Part shown: piece after piece, positions 1-14,105 of the stretch
How positions within the stretch are numbered: position 1 is the stretch's first letter
Layout of the letters: each line of letters opens with the position of its first letter
Assembly (NCBI GenBank): GCA_030248215.1
Contig: JASANG010000440.1
Span: forward strand, 310,001 to 374,000
Direction of reading: 5' to 3'
Source of the DNA: Enoplolaimus lenunculus
Lineage: Eukaryota
DNA: 64,000 nucleotides
Notes under the pieces: model-generated
Told to the model about the DNA's origin: nothing
The model's database searches: none
What the model saw: the letters and a program-made list of their open reading frames with translations, nothing else
Translations under genes and position numbers: made by a program

Positions 1-17
1 CTTTTCCAGCTGCTTAC

Positions 18-69
18 TTAAAATGTCTGAAGTCCCGGTTCCTACCTAGATCGACACGCACTATAACCA
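18..69 (-). CDS. Probable second exon of the RRM protein; the gene continues off the window
   Basis: TTTTACAG acceptor at 70, in-frame continuation VVIVRVDLGRNRDFRHF, donor GTAAGC at 17. Confidence 0.55.
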
Positions 70-166
70 CTGTAAAATTTGAACAATAATGAATATTTCT
101 GCACAACTAGCCGCTGCATCGTCAAACTACATCTGACATAAACTGAAACTGTCAATATGTACCTAC

Positions 167-407
167 CTGCAAGGAACCGTTTCACATCCTTTTCGGTAGC
201 GCTATATGGCATGCCTTTTAAATGCACAATATACGAACGCAAATCAACACGATGTGGACTTCTTGAATAATGACGAACATTACCAGCAGGCGTTACGGGT
301 CCAGCCACGGCTCGATTTGGAGAATACGAGCGAGACCGGGAGCGAGAACGCGATTGGCTAACGGATCTTGAAGGCGAACGAGACAACATGTCACCACTAC
401 GTGTCAT
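167..407 (-). CDS. First coding exon of an RS-rich RNA-binding protein with an hnRNP F/H-like (quasi-)RRM
   Basis: ATG at 407. SR dipeptide tract (SRSPSRSVSQSRSRSRSRSYSP), then YIVHLKGMPYSATEKDVKRFLA, which resembles the start of hnRNP F/H/GRSF1/ESRP-type RRMs (VxLRGLPW/YS). Donor G|GTAGGT at 167/166. Confidence 0.8.
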
Positions 408-2312
408 TACATGAACAATACTGTGTATATTAGTTCAATTTTGGTATATAATGACCTATAAGTTATGGTTTACATTCGTAAAAATCTTGTCAAATGTCAG
501 ACATCAGATTTTTCATTAAAAGCAAACGTATATACTGCAAATAATTTACCTAAATACAGCTAATGTTCCAAGCAAGCCAACTTCGCAATCAGAACTAAAC
601 CCACTAACATCGATGCATCATTAACTCACAAAGCAAATACAAAGGGCTGACATAAACAATATTTGTGAAATAAATCCATTTTGTTCATTTGTTTCGTTAT
701 TAAAATATGGTGAAACACATCTAGCTATGTTATTGCTGAGAGTGCTAACAAAACAAAGTTGGTTTTTTGATGATACATTTAAAAGGTATTCGTGATAGTT
801 AAGCGTTTTTCAGGTAAACCACAAAGTGGCTAAGTAGGCAATCTGAAGGATAGGTTTTTGGAAAACGAGAAGCGGGGAAAATTTAAATGCCTAGATTCTC
901 CTTCGGCCTGCAGGGATTTCGACACGAATAGGTTTTTCTAAAACCGCCCCACTACACCACATTCTCAGCATATATGGAGGTCATGGGACTGCAACCACAC
1001 CTTGACCTTGGGTGTGCAGATGTAAACAGGAGTGCATATGATTGCACTAACGGTATATTTCTGTCTTGGGATCATAGGACGGCTTTTATCGTATTAAACA
1101 TCGGCCGGCGTTTTGAATTCCGGCAATTTTGTAGTTTTCCCTTTTTCCCTACACAAGTATGGAAGTAACTTTTTTTACTTGCAACATAAAATGTTTTGTT
1201 TTCCTGTTTTAAAACTAGCGTCTAGGGAAAATGTTTGGCAACTTTGCGTTGTGTTCCGTTTTAGAACCGCTTAGTGGGAGGGGCTTGGTGCGGGCGTCAT
1301 CCCCAATCCTGCCTAGTATATCTACAAATTGGCCCAGTTTCACTTAATATAAATGAAAGATAGTAGCGGGGTGAACATTTTCCAATGTTTGTAAAAAACT
1401 AGAATAGTCCCTGCATTCTATCCGTTTTAAATTTTCCAGTTTTCCTGTTTTCCATACAGGGAATATCATACGCTTAAATTTCCACGTTTCCCGTTTTTCA
1501 AACAAACTAGGCACTACAGAGTTTCTCTACCGAACCAGGGAATACCAATTATCCAGGCTCAGATTATCACGAGCTTATCTACAGGGGAAGCTGGGGGTCT
1601 ACATTATAACTAGGGGTTACGCCAAACCTCATTTGAAATCAGAAATATTTTTGTTTAATAAAATAATGAATTCTAAAAACTACGTAGTTTCTGTTAGCAG
1701 CACTGATAAACCAAACATAAGTTTAGCTTAATCTCGCCATAAACTAAAAATATGTCAGTTTCAATTAAACTTAAAATTCTACTTTTCAGACGGTCCAATT
1801 CTAGATTTTAGTAAGCTATAATTTAAGTGTAACTTTTTAGAAGATAGCTGGAGAAGCGGATTACAGGTGGAGTCGAACAAAGCGGCTTATGGATCCTTGG
1901 GCAAACGCTCTACCACTGTGTCACGCTCACGCAGCAGGGCCATAGCCATTTGGGGGAAGAACGATGGCTCAGCCACGCTGGAAACAGTTTGAGCCTCCGC
2001 TAGAAAATTTTCAACCTTGCTTGTAAGTCATTGAAAACCCTTGAATGTCCGCCCCCAAAATTGTTTAGCCCCCTAACAAGATGAGCTGGCTACGCGATTG
2101 TACGCCGCCCGCCACTTCAAATGCTTTTGTAATTGACCATATTTGTCGACACGTACGCTGCCGACTTATATACAATATGAGAATTGCATATATATTGCAT
2201 TTGCACCAGGTCAAACATGTCGTACATGCTTACAAACACTAAAATTATTACAAACCGGGCCAATCCACATGGAAACCGTTTGTTTTAGACACTTGCTTCT
2301 GAGTGTAATGTA

Positions 2313-2519
2313 CACTGCAAAAAATGGTGGGTCAACTTGACTCTCCGAAATAGGTTCTAGGGGACTACACAATCTGAGTTCAATTCGACTCCGCCAGAGT
2401 CAAACGTGCTAGTTAGCAAGTCGAATTTGACTCTGGCGCGTCGAGGTTGACTCAGTTTGTGTAGTTCCGAAAAAGTCTATTTCGGAGAAAGTGAATTTGA
2501 CTCACCAAATTTTGCAGTG
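2313..2519. mobile_element. CACTG-terminated palindromic MITE (about 200 bp)
   Basis: CACTGCAAAA...TTTTGCAGTG, TA flanks, largely palindromic. Confidence 0.8.
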
Positions 2520-2691
2520 TACTTTGTAATTTTGCTAGAAAATATTGAGTCGTTTTCCTATTATATGTAGCACCCATCTTAATTTTTTCAAGCTTAAAAT
2601 ATCAAAATTTGACAATCAGTGGGATGAATTAACGAAACTGCATGAACAAAAAACTGTGGTTCTAAAGGTTACATGAACTATCGCCAACTGG

Positions 2692-2840
2692 GGCCCATGT
2701 TACTTTATGGGTCGTCCAGGTTTCTGGTGGGTCTATAAAAGAATGGGTTTAGATTTTAGATTACATTTTTTGCTTAAGCTTAGGCTTAGGCTAAGGAATA
2801 CGCTTAATCTACTGTTACGCCCCTTTAAGTAACATTGGCC
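2692..2840. mobile_element. Telomere-repeat-carrying GGCC-terminated MITE, subfamily B
   Basis: TIRs GGCCCATGTTACTTTA / TAAGTAACATTGGCC with internal TTAGGC units; similar copies at 17019-17210, 34897-35105 and 48255-48450. Confidence 0.75.
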
Positions 2841-3993
2841 TGTAATAGGTGCTATATTCAACTGAAATACGGCTTTCAAATTTTGCGTGTTGACTTTACA
2901 ACATTAATATATTTTTCATTTGTGCCACCAGTTTTAATTTTAAGCAAAGAAACATTAATTTTATTGATAACAATAATCAGTGATAACCAGCTGAAAGAGT
3001 CAAACCATACCGAGCCTTGAGAATGTGACGGGTAAACTCAAAGAGGGTATGTTTAGGTGCCGTATTTTGTTATTCAACTTGACAACAGGGTAACTCCAAA
3101 TACACTTGACTCGCCCACAACGGGTACATATGCCCTCGGGTGTTTATTTAAAACCCAAAATCACAGTGATGGGGGGATATAGAAATTTTTGGACGGGAGG
3201 GCGCGCGCGATATGATAGTAAGAAAAGCTTACGAGCGCAACGACCGAAAAGCCAAACACAATTTTAGAACTCAGTTTTTACTACATATTTTAGTTTTGCT
3301 TCGAGTCGGGACGGGGGTTCTACACCCTGGATAGCCCACTCCCCGTTGGATCCGCTATTCAAAAATGACCACAGCAGTAAACCACAATGATTTTCACCCT
3401 GGAAAAACACAGCGCATTTAAAATTTTGAGTAAGTGACACTAGAATTACCCCGTGATTATTGGTAAAATAAACACTCTGCCAAGTTGGTTAATGGTCGCA
3501 GGGTGCAGGATGGCAGGGCCGCTGAAGAGAGATGGCTGGCTGCATTTTTGACCGAAATTAAAATTAACGCTTAAATTGGGTTTGTTATGACCGTTTTGAA
3601 CTGAAAATTTATTGTCGGATGTGATTTAATTCTTGTTTACTATTATGTCATATTGAAATGCAATATCACTGAACCAGAAGCTACGGTCAGCGTCAGATTA
3701 AATGGGGCCTAGGAGCGGTGACCTGGCTCCGAACTTTCGACCAAAAAGGATGTTCAACTGAGAACTGACAAAAGTTACCATTCGGTGTGAAAAAGTCCCT
3801 GGATTGAAATTTTTGTTTTTTGTGAAACTTGGATACAAAATGCGTCTGGTTTCTCACTCGCGCCGCTTGTGAAGCTTTTTTCATTTTCTGCCAGTTGAAC
3901 AGGGATGAGTGGAAATTCGATCTTCATTGTTTACTGTAGAATTTTGTTCAACTTCCACCAAAAATACATCTCGTTTAGCACCGGGTTTGCATT

Positions 3994-4311
3994 ACCAAGA
4001 GTAGATATTGACAAGAGTGTGCAACTCCTCGGGGGCCGCATGGTTCAAAATGTACCTTTGGGCGTTGCGTTTTTGGCCGAACCCCCCTTCGTTTAGAGAA
4101 GGGTCGCTGTCACACCAATAACCCTAAATTAAATTATAAACGGAACAGTTTGTTGCCGTATAGATAAAGTGTCATGGTTCGCACCGGTAGTGCCCCCTTC
4201 TAAATAAAAGATTGGTTGAGCAAAAACGCAATGTGTGCCGAGTACATTCATTTCTACACAGAATTTACTCAGTTGCATACTCTTGTTAAAGTATGCATCA
4301 TCCACTCTTGG
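3994..4311. mobile_element. ACCAAGAGT-terminated MITE (about 320 bp)
   Basis: Inverted ends ACCAAGAGT/ACTCTTGGT; copies at 26521-26840, 33837-34150 (reverse) and 14965-15402. Confidence 0.7.
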
Positions 4312-7300
4312 TATTTTAGTAAATTTAAAATATGTTCTAATTTCGTGCTATAATTTAGTTACGTACGTCTGTGTCGACTGCAGAAATCCATCAATATATG
4401 CAAAACTTGACATCCCATGGCAATGACGGTTCGATCAGCATCAACGCAGGGATCGGATTCCACCATCGAAGCCACACATTGTGATAATTTTTGCATTAAG
4501 GTTAAAATAGCGTTTGTCGGTGGCTTCGCTCGTTTGGTTTTTCTTCACTATTGCAATTAGCTTCAGTAACTTCTGTAGATTTTAACCGTTTGGATGCTGA
4601 ACTTCACAAGTACAGCCTGCTCAATATGCTCATAGAGGCAAACGCTATTTTACAGGAAGTTGTACTTTATCGGCACGAAATCTTGGCTTTCTCTCAGTGA
4701 AATTCTTGAGTGGCGTAACAGATGGGGCTAACGGGTCGTGCTTAGTAAATTGATCCCGTTCTATGCATATGCTTTCCACTTTTACGCCCCAAGGTAGAAT
4801 GAATTCAGCGTTGAACGCGCAGTGTAGTCCATTTTAAATCTGGGTTGACGATTTGAGTGCAACAAATGTCAATTCCTGCGGAAACTAACATTTTGGAGAC
4901 GATGTTTTTGTAGGAATTGCATTTAATGCTAACTGTTGCGTCTGGGAGTTCGATCGCTAGACTTCGAAATCTATAATGCTGTGGTTAGTTTCGCTTACTT
5001 CCTGCGGATACGGCCTCGACAAGGCATTTGGGGGCGTTTGGCTAATCTTATCTCACACGTGACTTGAATAAAATTTGTTTGCGCTTTCGGTTCAGTCCAG
5101 TGTTAACCTACGAGTTATTTACGCTTTTTGGCTTCTTGTTCGCTTCGCTATAGATTTTCCACCGTTTTAATATATTGCATCCTCGCGTGTGTACTCCCGT
5201 TTGTGTCCGCTACTTCAACGCTGGAAGCAAACTAATCTCATAGTTCCGGGTTTAAGAGGCTCATATACGCTGCTAGCGCCATTGCTAAGATTGTAATTCA
5301 ATTCTTACTATTCTGTAACATTTTGTTCATATGAGATTACAAATTTTAATAGCGAAAGCGTGAAATCTCAAAGACACTGTAAATTTCAGCGAGATGGTCA
5401 ATCAACTCAGAGCGAGAATTATAGTAATTTTTGGTCATTTCTGAGTTATTTGCAGTACATATCAATTCGCTCTGAGCTGGTTTAATTCCGGGTGCATTGA
5501 TCAATTTACTCAGAATGAGTTAAATCAATTTAGAATTCTGAGATCTGAAAGACCTAACACACAGTTCAGGCTTCTGAGTTGAGCCAACTCATTTTGAGTT
5601 GAAATTAACTCACTGGAACTAACAGTGATATGTCAGTTAACTGATACTGGATCTAAAATTACCGGAACTATGACTAACCAGCGATATAGACACTTTAATT
5701 AACTCAGAGAGTAGGTACAGGTGTTGAACTTGATCTGAGCACCAAATAGCGCTAACTAATAAAGTAGGTTATTTCTGGTTCAATATACATGCAAGTATAT
5801 TTAGGCTAAACGTATACCAAACCTAAATATGTACTGGTCAAGCCATGGTACCAGAGCAAGCTTATTTTCAAGCTTTGCTGACTGCCAGACGCGACATTTC
5901 TGCTTCATTTCCATAATGTCTCGATTTTACTATAAGCTTAATTCTTCCAAAAGTTTTCTCAAATTCAAGCTAAAATGTACACTTTGTACACAGAGTACTA
6001 GTATTATCGGTTGTGTATAGCATCAAATCGCCAGAGAATTTGCAAAAACAACGAATTTCGAGTCTTTCCGGGTTTCGCCAATAGAATTTGAACCATTTTT
6101 TGCAAAAATTGTCGCTCAATTCGCTCACGAGCATTTTTTTCAACAACTCCGTTTATCTTTTACCCGTTGACAGATTATTAAAGATTGAATTCTATATTGA
6201 ATTTGATGTACCTTTCATTTGTGGTCGCTCCTGGTTGGACAGTCCTGAAAACAATCGGTTTCACATTCTTTAAGCTGAACCGAAAATGTTTCATTATTAG
6301 CAGACAAGTCGCTTAAAAGTTTGAATTAAAAATATTTATTCCAGATTTGAGTACACCTTGACAAGAGAATGCAGTGTTAACTGTAATGTGTCAAGATAAC
6401 TTTATACCTAAGCGTTTTCAATGGCTTAACAAACAAAATTGAAAATTTTCTAGGGGGCGGGGGCTACATTTTCAGAGGGCTGAGCCCCCCTGACTCCCCG
6501 TTGGCTACGAGGACGACCCCGGCCAAAGTTTAACGCGGATGTCGTTATCTTGCGATTGAACCCTCAACCTGTTTTGGATCCAATTGGATTGGTAATGATC
6601 CTCAAGCGAGGGATGCCATGCTGAGTGATTTGCGTTAATACAGTTCTTCCAAAACTCACAATGTGTTTTAATTTAGCTATAACTGAAAATTATGTCCTGG
6701 ATACTAAGCTAACATTTCGTCGTCCCAAAAATATCTTTGCCCATCCGAAACTGTAGGATTCACAAACTGTCTCCCTTCCCATAAACGTGGCAGAATCCAT
6801 GCTATAAAGTGCAGCCAGTATTAGCGTTCAACTATCGAATACAACGATAAACTCAAATCTATAGATGCTATACACATTTAAGAATACGGGCTTTCTGTCA
6901 AATACCCTGAGTCATATATTGATTCTGGCATTATTTATAAACCGACTGGTGCGATATTAATAGCTAACCACTAAATCAGAGCGATATACTTAAGAGTTAT
7001 GTACAAATATTACAATGACATAAATACATAGCTACGGTCACTTTTAATGGTTACACTTGAGTAAATTAGGAACCATTTAGTATGCTTTTAGATTTTGGAG
7101 ATTGCCTAATCGCTCTAAACTGAGTGAACCAAGCTGTTACAACGCTGTTATATAAATTGACCCAAAGGTTCTTATTAATGCCGGAAGTTTGGTGACCTGC
7201 AAGTATATTAGTGACCGTTGTAACAAGCCACAAATCTATATATTAAAGCTGGAACGCCCCACATACGTATTTTGTGCAACTTTCCAGCATTATACTTTGT

Positions 7301-8315
7301 TTACAATAATTTCTTAGGAAATACACGTGATTGTTCTATGAAAGGGAAATGTAGCAAGTAAATTTTTGTGCTTTCGTTACTTCTGCGCATTGCTGGCAGA
7401 GTAGTATATATTATTTCGACAGGAAATATTTTCAAACAATAATATTTACAAGTTAATACGACTACCAAACTGAACAACGTTCTTAACCGTAATGGTCAGT
7501 TGGCAGTTATTTTTTTCAACTCCTATCATATTGTTTGGTCATCTTTTTCAGAATTTTAGTATATATTCCTTTGTTTCAGTTTACTACCCTACGCTATACG
7601 CGGCGACGCTGTCAATAGTTGCGGACCTAAAAAGTTGCAAGATTTATAAACTGGCTGATGTTTACTTTAAAGCGAAATGTATAAATATTAATTTGTAAAC
7701 AAAAATCTTTTGAGTTGGTGTGCCTTCCGGCGTTGTACAGCGCCGCTCTCGACAGATATGGAGTCATTGTTAAGAGTCTCGTAAGCCACTGTCAAATTTA
7801 CTTTCCAATGTTTATATATGTAGTGCAATAACGCATTTCTATAGTCATTATACATATTCTGTTGATATTATTTCTAAAATGCGGATCAATTTGTTCTTAA
7901 AGGTCAAATTGTTGAAGGTTTTAAAGGGCACACAACTGTGTATAGAAGTGGAAAAAGGAGGCTTTCGTAGTCCCGCGAGGACTTGTGAACAATATGCGCC
8001 AATGTATAGAATAGGACTATAACAGTAGTAAAAATATTTCTAAGCCCAAGCCTTAAGTCTAACGAAAAAATTGTCTAAAAAGCATAAACTTTACTCTATT
8101 GCAGTTCCGCAGAAAAACGTTCCGCCCCTGATCTTTATATGATGTCACAATTTAAGCCTGTTTCATGTATACGGACAAACTTTATCTTAATTATCTATCA
8201 AAAGTGTCTAGCTAAGTAATTAATTATGCATGCAATGCTGTATTATATTGAATGATTATATTGCCGCCTGTAAAATTGCTAATTACATCTCATCCAGTTT
8301 TGAACTAAGCTGGTA

Positions 8316-8508
8316 CACTGCAAAAAGTGGCGAGTTCAATTGGCTCTCTCCGAAATAGGCTTTTCAGAACAACACAAACGGACTCAAATTCGACTCCGCC
8401 AGGTGAGTCAAATTTGACTCTGGCGTGTGGTCGAATTTGACTCCGTTTGTGTAGTGCGGAAAAGCTTATTTCGGACAGCGTCAATTTGACTCACCATTTT
8501 TTGCAGTG
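8316..8508. mobile_element. CACTG-terminated palindromic MITE
   Basis: Same family as 2313-2519. Confidence 0.8.
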
Positions 8509-8892
8509 TATAGTTTCGAATATTTTTGATGAAAGCAACTTTGTGATGCTTGAAATGTGACGTCAATTTAAAAAATAAGGACAAACTTAACAGAAACCAA
8601 ACGATTACGACCGTAATCGTTTCATGTGCACTGGATTTCGTATTAATTTCATGAGCTGGACTGAATCGTATTACAGAAATAACTGGACTGATGGTTCCTA
8701 TTCGCTCAAATCCATCATAAATCTGCATGTGTATGAAATACCTGGGCAGATAGTCTTAGCCCCTGATTCAAAGAGTTTGTTTTCAATGAAAAATGTAAAC
8801 AATGCGAAATCAACGCATGCCTGCGTTTGACATTTTTTTGGCTCATAACATGAGCTGTGTTTGATTTTGTCCGACAACAATTAAGATGAGTT

Positions 8893-9079
8893 CAGGGCCA
8901 CAGCAGCCACCCCCCGTACCCCAATTTGGACTGGATCTCCCCTAAAGGGCTCCCACTTTAAACCGGTTGAAACAAAAACCACCAAAGTTTTAAAATGCGT
9001 CTGTCTTCTGCCTCGCGAATTTGAAGGCCACAACTTCGAGTTTGGCGGGAACTTCCATTCCTGTCTGCTCCCGGCACTG
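8893..9079. mobile_element. hAT-like MITE
   Basis: CAGGG...CACTG termini, 8-bp flanks GATGAGTT/GATGAGAT; second copy at 42481-42677. Confidence 0.75.
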
Positions 9080-9431
9080 GATGAGATAGCTAGCAAATTT
9101 TCACTTTAAATCAGCGAGACCAACCTCCGAAAAAATGGTCCGTATGTTGTCGTTTACCGTAAAATTGGTATATAAGCATATTCTTAAGCCTAAACCTCAA
9201 CGTATAAATAATATACCGGTAACTAAGTCAAAGCCTAAGCAAAAAATTGTCTAAAGCTTATTAGTTTTGGTTCTCTATTGCAGTTCCACAGAAAAACGGT
9301 CCAACCCTGAGAATTATGGCTCAGGGAAATTTCTAAACCAATGACGTCCCCTCCTTAATTGATACTAGAATCAGTTAACTTCTACTCTCATTTGCATATT
9401 GTAATTAACCTATTTATATATTCTCCAATTG

Positions 9432-9830
9432 CAACAACAACAACAGCAACAAAAACAACAACAGCAACAAAAACAACAACAACAAAAACAACAACAACAA
9501 CAAAAACAACAACAACAAAAACAACAACCAACAACAACAACAACAAAAACAACAACAACAACCAACAACAACAACAAAAACAACAACCAACAACAAAAAC
9601 AACAACAACAACAAAAACAACAACAACAACAAAAACAACAACAACAACAACAAAAACAACAACAACAACAACAAAAACAACAACTACAAAAACAACAACA
9701 ACAACCAACAACAACAACAACAAAAACAACAACAACAACCAACAACAACAACAACAACAACAAAAACAACAATAACAACCTACAACAACAGCAAAAACAA
9801 CAACAACAACCAACAACAACAACAACAACA
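9432..9830. repeat. Compound (CAA)n microsatellite
   Basis: About 400 bp of CAA with AAA and CCAA interruptions. Confidence 0.95.
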
Positions 9831-10355
9831 CGTGTCAATAGACATTATCCTAAACCAGCGGTAACGTCTCCTGATACCTTGAATAATAAATAAATTTACC
9901 TCAAAATCTGTCATTGTTGTGGACTCAAATTGTTCACTTTAATTATGCTTATATTAGGAGACAATAGCGCATTCAGCAAGTCTTGTAGGTCATTCGATAT
10001 GGAGCGTAGGTGGCTGAATACTAAAATTTTAGTTGCTCAGGTAAACGACATGACGAGTAAAAGTGACGCCATACCTGTCGGACGGCGACGAACGGCGACA
10101 GACGGGACAGGAAGATTGAACACATTTAAAGTGTTGTGCCACCCGGATGGGGGGGTTGCAACTGAATAACGTCGTCCCCTTATGAAAAACTCTTGGCCAG
10201 GCCAATGGCGAGGTTACGTTGTTAGTGGGACTAAAATTTTTAGTAATTTAGGTATAACCTTTTAAAACATGACTATACCTAATAAAGATATACTTTGTGT
10301 AATCGAAATTCGTGCTGAACTTTAATTAACCCAGGAAGCGGCTGTGTAATTCACT

Positions 10356-10735
10356 TTGAGTAATTATAAGATTAATCTAATTTGAGTAATTCAGATTAAT
10401 TCAATTTGAGTAATTAAGAATAATTCAATTTGAGTAATTAAGAATAATTCAATTTGAGTAATTAAGATTAATTCAATTTGAGTAATTAAGATTAATTCAA
10501 TTTGTGTAATTAAGATTAATTCAATTTGAGTAATTAAGATTAATTCAATTGGAGTAATTAAGATTAATTCAATTTGAGTAATTAAGATTAATTCAATTTG
10601 TGTAATTAAGATTAATTCAATTTGAGTAATTAAGATTAATTCAATTGGAGTAATTAAGATTAATTCAATTTGAGTAATTAAGATTAGTTCAGTTTGAGTA
10701 ATTAAAAGATTAATTCAATTTCAGTAATTAAAATT
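10356..10735. repeat. 24-bp AT-rich minisatellite, about 16 copies
   Basis: Unit TTTGAGTAATTAAGATTAATTCAA. Confidence 0.95.
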
Positions 10736-11150
10736 GAAGGATTCTAACTGAAGAGTTGGGACTCTATCCAAACACCGAATCTAGGGATACAGACTCCTAT
10801 TGATTCTGACTCAAAATGGCGACCCCGGACTCTTATTACCCTTTCTCTCCGTACTAGTAAACAAGTACCTAATTACCTTAAAGCAGGTGTTATAAACGTG
10901 TCGGGTTTAACTCAACTGTTGATTGCAATATTAAACGCAACAAAATATTTGTTGTAGAACGGTTGCTTAGAAACAACATAGTTTTTAGTTTAACCTACTA
11001 ATTTTAGCATTTTGCGTCTATTATTACAAATAAGCTACTTAATATGATATCTATTGTCATTGGTATAATTGTACTTAGCTAAGTAAGCGTAATTATTGTT
11101 CAAAATTCGCCAGCAAGTAATTATATTTGAAACTACTCTAACGTGACGGT

Positions 11151-11313
11151 CAGACCCGTAGCCAGCTCACCTGGCTATGGGTAATCATTTTTTACGAGGA
11201 GTATACAAGGGTTTTCGATGACTTACAAGTAAGGTTAAAAATTTTCTAACGGACCTAAATGTTTCTGGCGGATGGCTCCCTTCCTGGCCACTTTTTACCT
11301 AACTACGGGTCCG
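11151..11313. mobile_element. hAT-like MITE (CAGRCCCGTAG ends)
   Basis: Flanks GTGACGGT/GTGATGGT; related copies at 1935-2100, 23872-24024 and 52343-52505. Confidence 0.7.
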
Positions 11314-11580
11314 GTGATGGTGTGTTCTGGCTTTGGATAACACGCCTTTCTCAGCTCTGTGTCTGATATGATTCAGAAGGATAAGTGGTATTATCAGTTG
11401 GTGATAGGTCTTGTAATTTTTCGCAACCACTGCTGATATCTTAGAAGTCGCATGTTTGCCGCATGGGCGTCCAAGAACACAAGGATTTAATGGAAAAATT
11501 TCAATTTCGGTTTTGTCGTTTAGTCGTACTATTGTTTTGATGTGTCCGCGTTAACAGATGTGCAGGTATATTAACAAGTA

Positions 11581-11792
11581 CACACCATCAAAGGTTAGTC
11601 AAATTGATTCTATCCGAAATAGGCTCTACGGGACTACTACAAAAGCTGAGTTCAATTCCAGTCCGCCAGAGTCAAATTCGACTCACTGAGTTGCACGTTT
11701 GACTCTGATGGAGTCGAATTTGACTTAGTATGTGTAGTCTCGTAGATCCTATTTCGGAGAAAGTCAACTTGACTTACCACTTTTTTGCCGTG
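11581..11792. mobile_element. CACTG-family MITE with degenerate ends
   Basis: Internal CCGAAATAGGCTCTACGGGACTAC and GAGTCAAATTCGACTC match the family. Confidence 0.7.
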
Positions 11793-14105
11793 TGCCACCA
11801 ACTACCAATTTTAGGCTGCGTTATGCCAAACGTTCCAGTACAGCTTCAGATGTATCAAAATAAGATCAACGTGAAAAAATATAATAGTATTTTAATCAAA
11901 AGGGTCAAATTTTACAATTCCCATAGATATTTCCTTTAGTCATGCTCTTAACGTTAAGTTTTTAGCTTTAAGCTTACATTTTTTTCGTTTAATAGAGCTA
12001 ATCGTATAAAGCATTGCAATGATTTCAGTTTACCGAGGGTCATAATAATTAATAGTTTGCGGGTAACTGTCCAATAGACTCAGTTAACTTTTACTTATGA
12101 TAAGGGTTATTTTCCAAACCCCAAATTCAACTACAATGCGCACTGTCGTTTACAATAGCATTTTAGGCCAATTATACTTTCAAAGCCGTCACACGAGCAT
12201 CCACGTTTTCCTAAGCCTTAACATCAGCGTAAAGTGTGAAATTATTAAAACGCAGTGTCTGAAGATATGCAAGTATAAATATTCGTCAAAAATTTATTTA
12301 ATCATACGCTGTTATTTGTCTCAAGGGTAAACAGGTTCAACGGTAACAGGAACCTTAATTTTATTACAATACTTTGCCAGTTTTAGGCGATCTACCAGTA
12401 GCGTGGAACCAGAAAATTATCCAATGAAGGTTACAAGAGATATTAATACGCAACTGAAACGAACGACAAGCCAATATCCATTTTAGTGCTAAATCTTCCG
12501 TACAAAATATGGATTTTGATCGCATCTGGGACGGTGGGACCAAGCTTACGGTACCCTCACGTTCGCGATGCGCCAATGCTACGTAAATTGGTCCAATTTT
12601 GAACATTTTGTAACATAATTAAACTTTAAAACTGTTTGAATTTTTCTCACAGGAATAAATGGTTTATTTAAATTAAATGTTTGTTATTGCAAACTATGAT
12701 ATTGATGACACTGTCAGGATATTGAAGACAACCTTAGCTATTTATTCGGGTCGCTTTTAAATTGTCTCTGCTGGCGGTCGGAATAGGTTTTTAGGGCTCA
12801 TAGATCCGTGAATCACCGTATTTGCCATTGTTCCAGCCGAAACTAGATTTTGTCAGAATCGGAATCAACGTTTACTAATTCTATTAAAAAGTTGATGGTG
12901 AATGACTTTTAACTTTTGTTGCAGTATGCCTGTTTCCGTTACTGTTCACAGTTTCAGTAAAAATTGTTTTATATACCTGATGGAATACACGTATAACAAC
13001 TCGGAATATTTACTAAAAAAAACCATCAGAATAATTGCAAATGAACGAAACAAAACCAAACAAGCAAAATCAAAGTTCAATGAGCTTAGAAACTCATAAC
13101 CGAAAAATCTGAATTAATGCATCGGAACAGCAGTCGGCCGGAATCGGAATCGGAAGTCAAATTTTGACGCAATTTTTACCGGAATCGGAATTGCGATGGA
13201 ACCCTGGTATTTGCTATAAATATTTTTCTTGATAAGATCTCATTTTTAGAGCATTCATTATTTTTGGTATTTGTTTACTTCCCATCAAGTGTTTGAACTC
13301 CACTTTTCGCATAATGACTGATATAGTTAAACAGGCTTATAAACTTAGACGTAGGTTTAGCTTTAGACTTTAACGTTGCACTCTAGCATTGGCTTAGATA
13401 CTTATTTACAGCTGGAAACTTTGGCATCAAATCAACATCAGCCTGGCGGAAAGTAAACAGGTATACAAATTTTTCACGTAGTAAAAATTCGAACTCAATT
13501 TTATTTGGTCCTGGAGTCATTTATGCACTACAATTAGGAATAACGGACCTTCATGAACTCAATTAGGATTTAGGGACTCTATCCGCTTACGAACCCTTAT
13601 TTGGGATACGGACTCTTATTGATTTGGATTCAAAATGGGGACCCCCATCTTATTGTCCCACACCCTCTTATCAGGGCCTCTACAGTAGGTATAAGCTCAA
13701 GCTCATTCATACGATTAGGCATAGTCTTCGGAATATGCTTATACTGCTCCTATCACGGCCTTGTTCTACGCATGGACCCAAACACTAAATAATACAAATA
13801 TGACTAGCTATGTAATTAAACCATCCCCTATAGTAAAACAATCAGTTACATCTTTTCTACCTCTTTAAAAGCTCACCTTTATGCTCATGACGGCTACGTA
13901 AACTATTTTCCAACTGCGGGTTTTTATTTGTGTTTTCATCATATTTGTTTACTTTTCTAAATTGAAATTATGTTTCCAATTTCCTCGCTTTATGTTTCCA
14001 TTTATTAATATTCAATTTTACAAGCACACGCAATACTGAACAAGCTTATTGACAAACAATCGTATACCCAGTGAATCAAAGGCTCTTTATATGTATTTTA
14101 GTCGC

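Noticed and set aside
4420..4760. Possible MULE transposase C-terminal remnant on the minus strand (HPN...KLIAIVKKNQ)
   Set aside because: Similarity is too short and interrupted by stops to support without a search.
9359..9893. Poly-Q/T/N/V/C/L ORFs in several frames
   Set aside because: Artefacts of the (CAA)n microsatellite; no splice or start context.
8591..10040. Two-exon gene from ORFs 8624-8830 and 9930-10169
   Set aside because: The candidate splice sites give incompatible phases and a stop codon; no recognisable domain.
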